A stretch of DNA of 63,953 nt, filler included, from Phoronis australis (taxonomy: Eukaryota; Animalia; Phoronida), in NCBI GenBank assembly GCA_002633005.1. It is 7 parts of 7 records of this genome, joined end to end, with 100 filler letters (N's around TTAATTAATTAA, not from the genome) between each part and the next. Parts side by side here need not be neighbours in the genome. Positions count along the whole stretch, not along the records: positions 50,411 to 62,473 come from NMRA01001661.1; positions 62,574 to 63,953 come from NMRA01001380.1; 5 more parts are not named here. One strand, 5' to 3'. The translations under genes and the position numbers were made by a program. The notes beneath the pieces were generated by a model, which was not told the DNA's origin, did no database searches, and saw only the letters and a program-made list of their open reading frames with translations. Within the stretch, counting starts at the first letter, position 1. Each line of letters opens with the position of its first letter. This document shows positions 61,228 through 63,953 of this stretch, piece by piece.

Positions 61228-62473
61228 GTAAGTCTCTTCAGCTTCATTTCAGAGAATTGGGATGTGTGGTGACTTGGGAGACAGTGAACTATGTGCAACT
61301 AGTTAGCGATGAGACCAGTGCAAGTTATTTGCTCCATAGCCACTTCTCAAATTTGATAAGTTTAGTTAAGACAACAGTTTAGGGCTTCTTTCAGTAAATT
61401 GCAATGGTACACAGTTTAATTAAGCATGAGTTTGATGTTTCTTAAATTTTTAGTTCAAAGTGATCGACTAAACATGGTCTTGAATAAACAGTCGTGTTCA
61501 GGGGTCATTTCTTGTATACTCGCTACAGACATGATGAAAATCGTTTTGCATCCAGAGACAGATCACTCGAGGCAAACAAAAACTATCAAAAAGCATGATC
61601 GTTGTTGGCGGAGTTTACCCAAGTCCATGGCTAGTAGTTCTTTAATTCAAAATAGTTTCACTTGAGATAAAGGAAACTTAAGGGTAGGATCATAAAGGAA
61701 ACTTGTGAGAGCTTATTTCATGTTTTGAAGGGTAGGATCATAAAGGAAACTTGTGAGAGCTTATTTCATGATTTAAAAGGTATGATCAAAAAAGGGATGA
61801 AATGCACTTTTAGTATTTTAAACGAAAATATTATTTTGAAATCTTCAGCCAATGTGAACCATCCATATTCAGACTAACAACCAATTTCTCTCACCTTAGG
61901 ACAAGCCCCTAGGATACAGATCAAGTTATCAAGAATTCTCTTATTGAATACGAATTGTTCATTTTCCAAATTTTTTAGAAGTTAGTGAAAAAGGATGATG
62001 TATTTATTTATTATACCGGTAGTAGTTTTTTATAGAAGTGCTCTGGTACAAAAATCATTCAAAAACTAGTTGTGATTCATGACATTTCCCACTCTGCTAG
62101 CGTGACCTTTCACATTGCTAGTTAAGAGAGTTTTGGCTCGTAGTACAAATTTGTCTGAAGAAGACTTGCGTTTGTGAGTGAACTACAGTACAAGACAAAA
62201 GGAATGAGAGAAAATACAGTTTTCCTGTCGTAGAGTCTGATTCTGTCAACTATAAATTATTGGCAATAACTATTTGGGCTGCCAAAATTTTAATTACATA
62301 ATGACTTAGCCACCTTTAAGCTTACCTGTTAATTCCCCTGTCATTCTCAGTCATCAGGGGTGACTACTCTGACTATGAGTTCAGCTTCTGCCCAGCCATC
62401 ATGATGGGGAATTCTGGGTCAATTTGTTTGAATTCTTATGACTTATACTATGCTAAGAATGCTTATACATTCT

Positions 62474-62573
62474 NNNNNNNNNNNNNNNNNNNNNNNNNNN
62501 NNNNNNNNNNNNNNNNNTTAATTAATTAANNNNNNNNNNNNNNNNNNNNNNNNNNNNNNNNNNNNNNNNNNNN
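62474..62573. other. Artificial scaffold-joining linker
   Basis: 44 N + TTAATTAATTAA + 44 N. Confidence 0.97.
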
Positions 62574-63622
62574 TAAAAAATAAGGACGATTGATACAATG
62601 ATAAATTACGATGTAAACTCTTCAAATATGACATAAGCAATGAATGTGTAAAGCAGCCGATACCCCGCCGTTCACGTCACTGACACATCAGCCAATCAGC
62701 GATCGCTTTCAGAATTCAGTGTTTTGACCATGAATTCGAATTGGCTTTTGTTTGGTTCGCAAGTCAGGCAAATGTGAGTTTTATTTGTGTGTTAGAACCG
62801 ATTAATTGCAACATTATTTTGACTACAGTCCCCTTTTAAGGTCGGCGACCATCAAACTCAAGGTCCCGGGTTCGACTCCGTCCTCGGTTTCCCGCCAAAT
62901 CGTTATCTCACTAGTGAGATAACTTTATGGGTTATTACACGGTTGTATCTGCCATTTGACGCTAATATTGTGGTATAAACAGTAGAACACAGACAGTTTT
63001 TTTGGGAAACTTTTATTACGTGTCTGCAACAATCATGATAGTTAGATGATGACGACAATTACACGATAACGATGCGTCTTGTGTATGGGTGGGGGATTGT
63101 TGCGTGTGTCTCAGTATATATTTCCTACATCTACATGTTATTCCGTAAATTGGTTTCTAGGGACAAAAATGATGTACTGAGTTCATACTAAGGAATTCCG
63201 TCCTGGGCAGTTGCTTAATCGGCTTCCGAATTTTCCCCACCTTTTGAAAATTTCTGGTTATTCACAGAAGACAAAAATCAATGCATTCCTACATGAAGTC
63301 GTATCTGAATAGATATGATAGCACATTAGAAATACACAATGTTGCGAAGCCTCGTGTCAGTTGGACGAACACAGACGAAGCTCTGACCCTGACCTACATA
63401 TAGGCCAGAGAAGGCCAAAATGTTATCATCACTGGCCAGTGAGGCCGGCAGAGGAAAAATGACACCTTTAAAGTTGAGTACACAAAAATGGGAAGTCTAA
63501 AGTCTATAAACGTAATATGTGCTTTTACGGGAATGGCAACTCTTCTGTTCCGAGAAATATGTGCAACCACTTTTCACACTAAATAGGTGTTATTAGCTAG
63601 AAAAATGATTTTCAACGAGATC

Positions 63623-63690
63623 GGCGTCAGCGCGGAGTCGAACTTGCAACCCCCGCTTCGTAGACTAAGGCTCTGCTGGCGGAGGTAACC
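63623..63690 (-). mobile_element. tRNA(Arg-ACG)-like degenerate sequence / SINE head
   Basis: Minus strand has anticodon-loop-like CTACGAA and B-box AAGTTCGACTCC; acceptor and D stems are broken. Confidence 0.45.
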
Positions 63691-63843
63691 TACAATCTAT
63701 GGGAGAGTATTGCAGCACAACTAACTGGTAATGTTACCGGCGAGAATTGCTAATTTGTAAAAAAAAATTGCAAAACAACGATTTTGTTGTTTTGTGGCGC
63801 TGATCAGGGGCAGTAACTTGAAGAATTCCATACTAGTCAACAA

Positions 63844-63953
63844 ATAGACCGGGATCCCAGAGCTATTTTGGGCATGCAAAGGTAACCAATTTTCTTTGCT
63901 GCCACAGTGCTCTATGGGTATCCTGATGCTTGGAAATGGCCGTCTGGCAGGTT
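63844..63953. repeat. Interspersed repeat, same family as 29238-29350
   Basis: Near-identical sequence on another scaffold. Confidence 0.8.

Noticed and set aside
61900-62018. Next exon of the Ig gene
   Set aside because: An acceptor-like site is present, but the phase-compatible frame stops early and lacks the Ig DxGxYxC motif
62840-62895. tRNA gene
   Set aside because: Only a B-box/T-arm (GGTTCGACTCC) is recognisable, with no cloverleaf; at most a SINE remnant

Overview
This is eukaryotic (animal, probably marine invertebrate) draft-assembly DNA, not a prokaryotic locus. Six 100-bp artificial linkers (44 N + TTAATTAATTAA + 44 N) join seven unrelated scaffolds, so gene neighbourhoods across linkers mean nothing. 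Genes reconstructed by eye from GT-AG exons with matching phases: (1) a minus-strand coiled-coil protein of unknown family; (2) part of a large extracellular FN3/Ig-like repeat protein with DxTPP motifs; (3) an apparently intronless Bcl-2/Mcl-1-like gene; (4) a GH3-domain (GHDC-like) gene with an in-frame TAG; (5) a two-exon SLC52 riboflavin-transporter-like gene; (6) the 5' part of an L1CAM/neuroglian-like Ig-superfamily gene. The rest is mostly mobile-element debris and minisatellites: L2/CR1 and Tx1/L1 LINE remnants, a solo LTR, a Penelope GIY-YIG fragment with a minimal hammerhead ribozyme motif, P-superfamily-like and THAP-bearing DNA elements, MITEs and tRNA-derived SINE heads. I found no CRISPR array and no convincing wholly novel multi-gene system. 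The best leads are the hammerhead, the P/THAP element family, the GH3 stop codon, the non-canonical Ig domain and a possibly duplicated Ig exon hidden in a gap.
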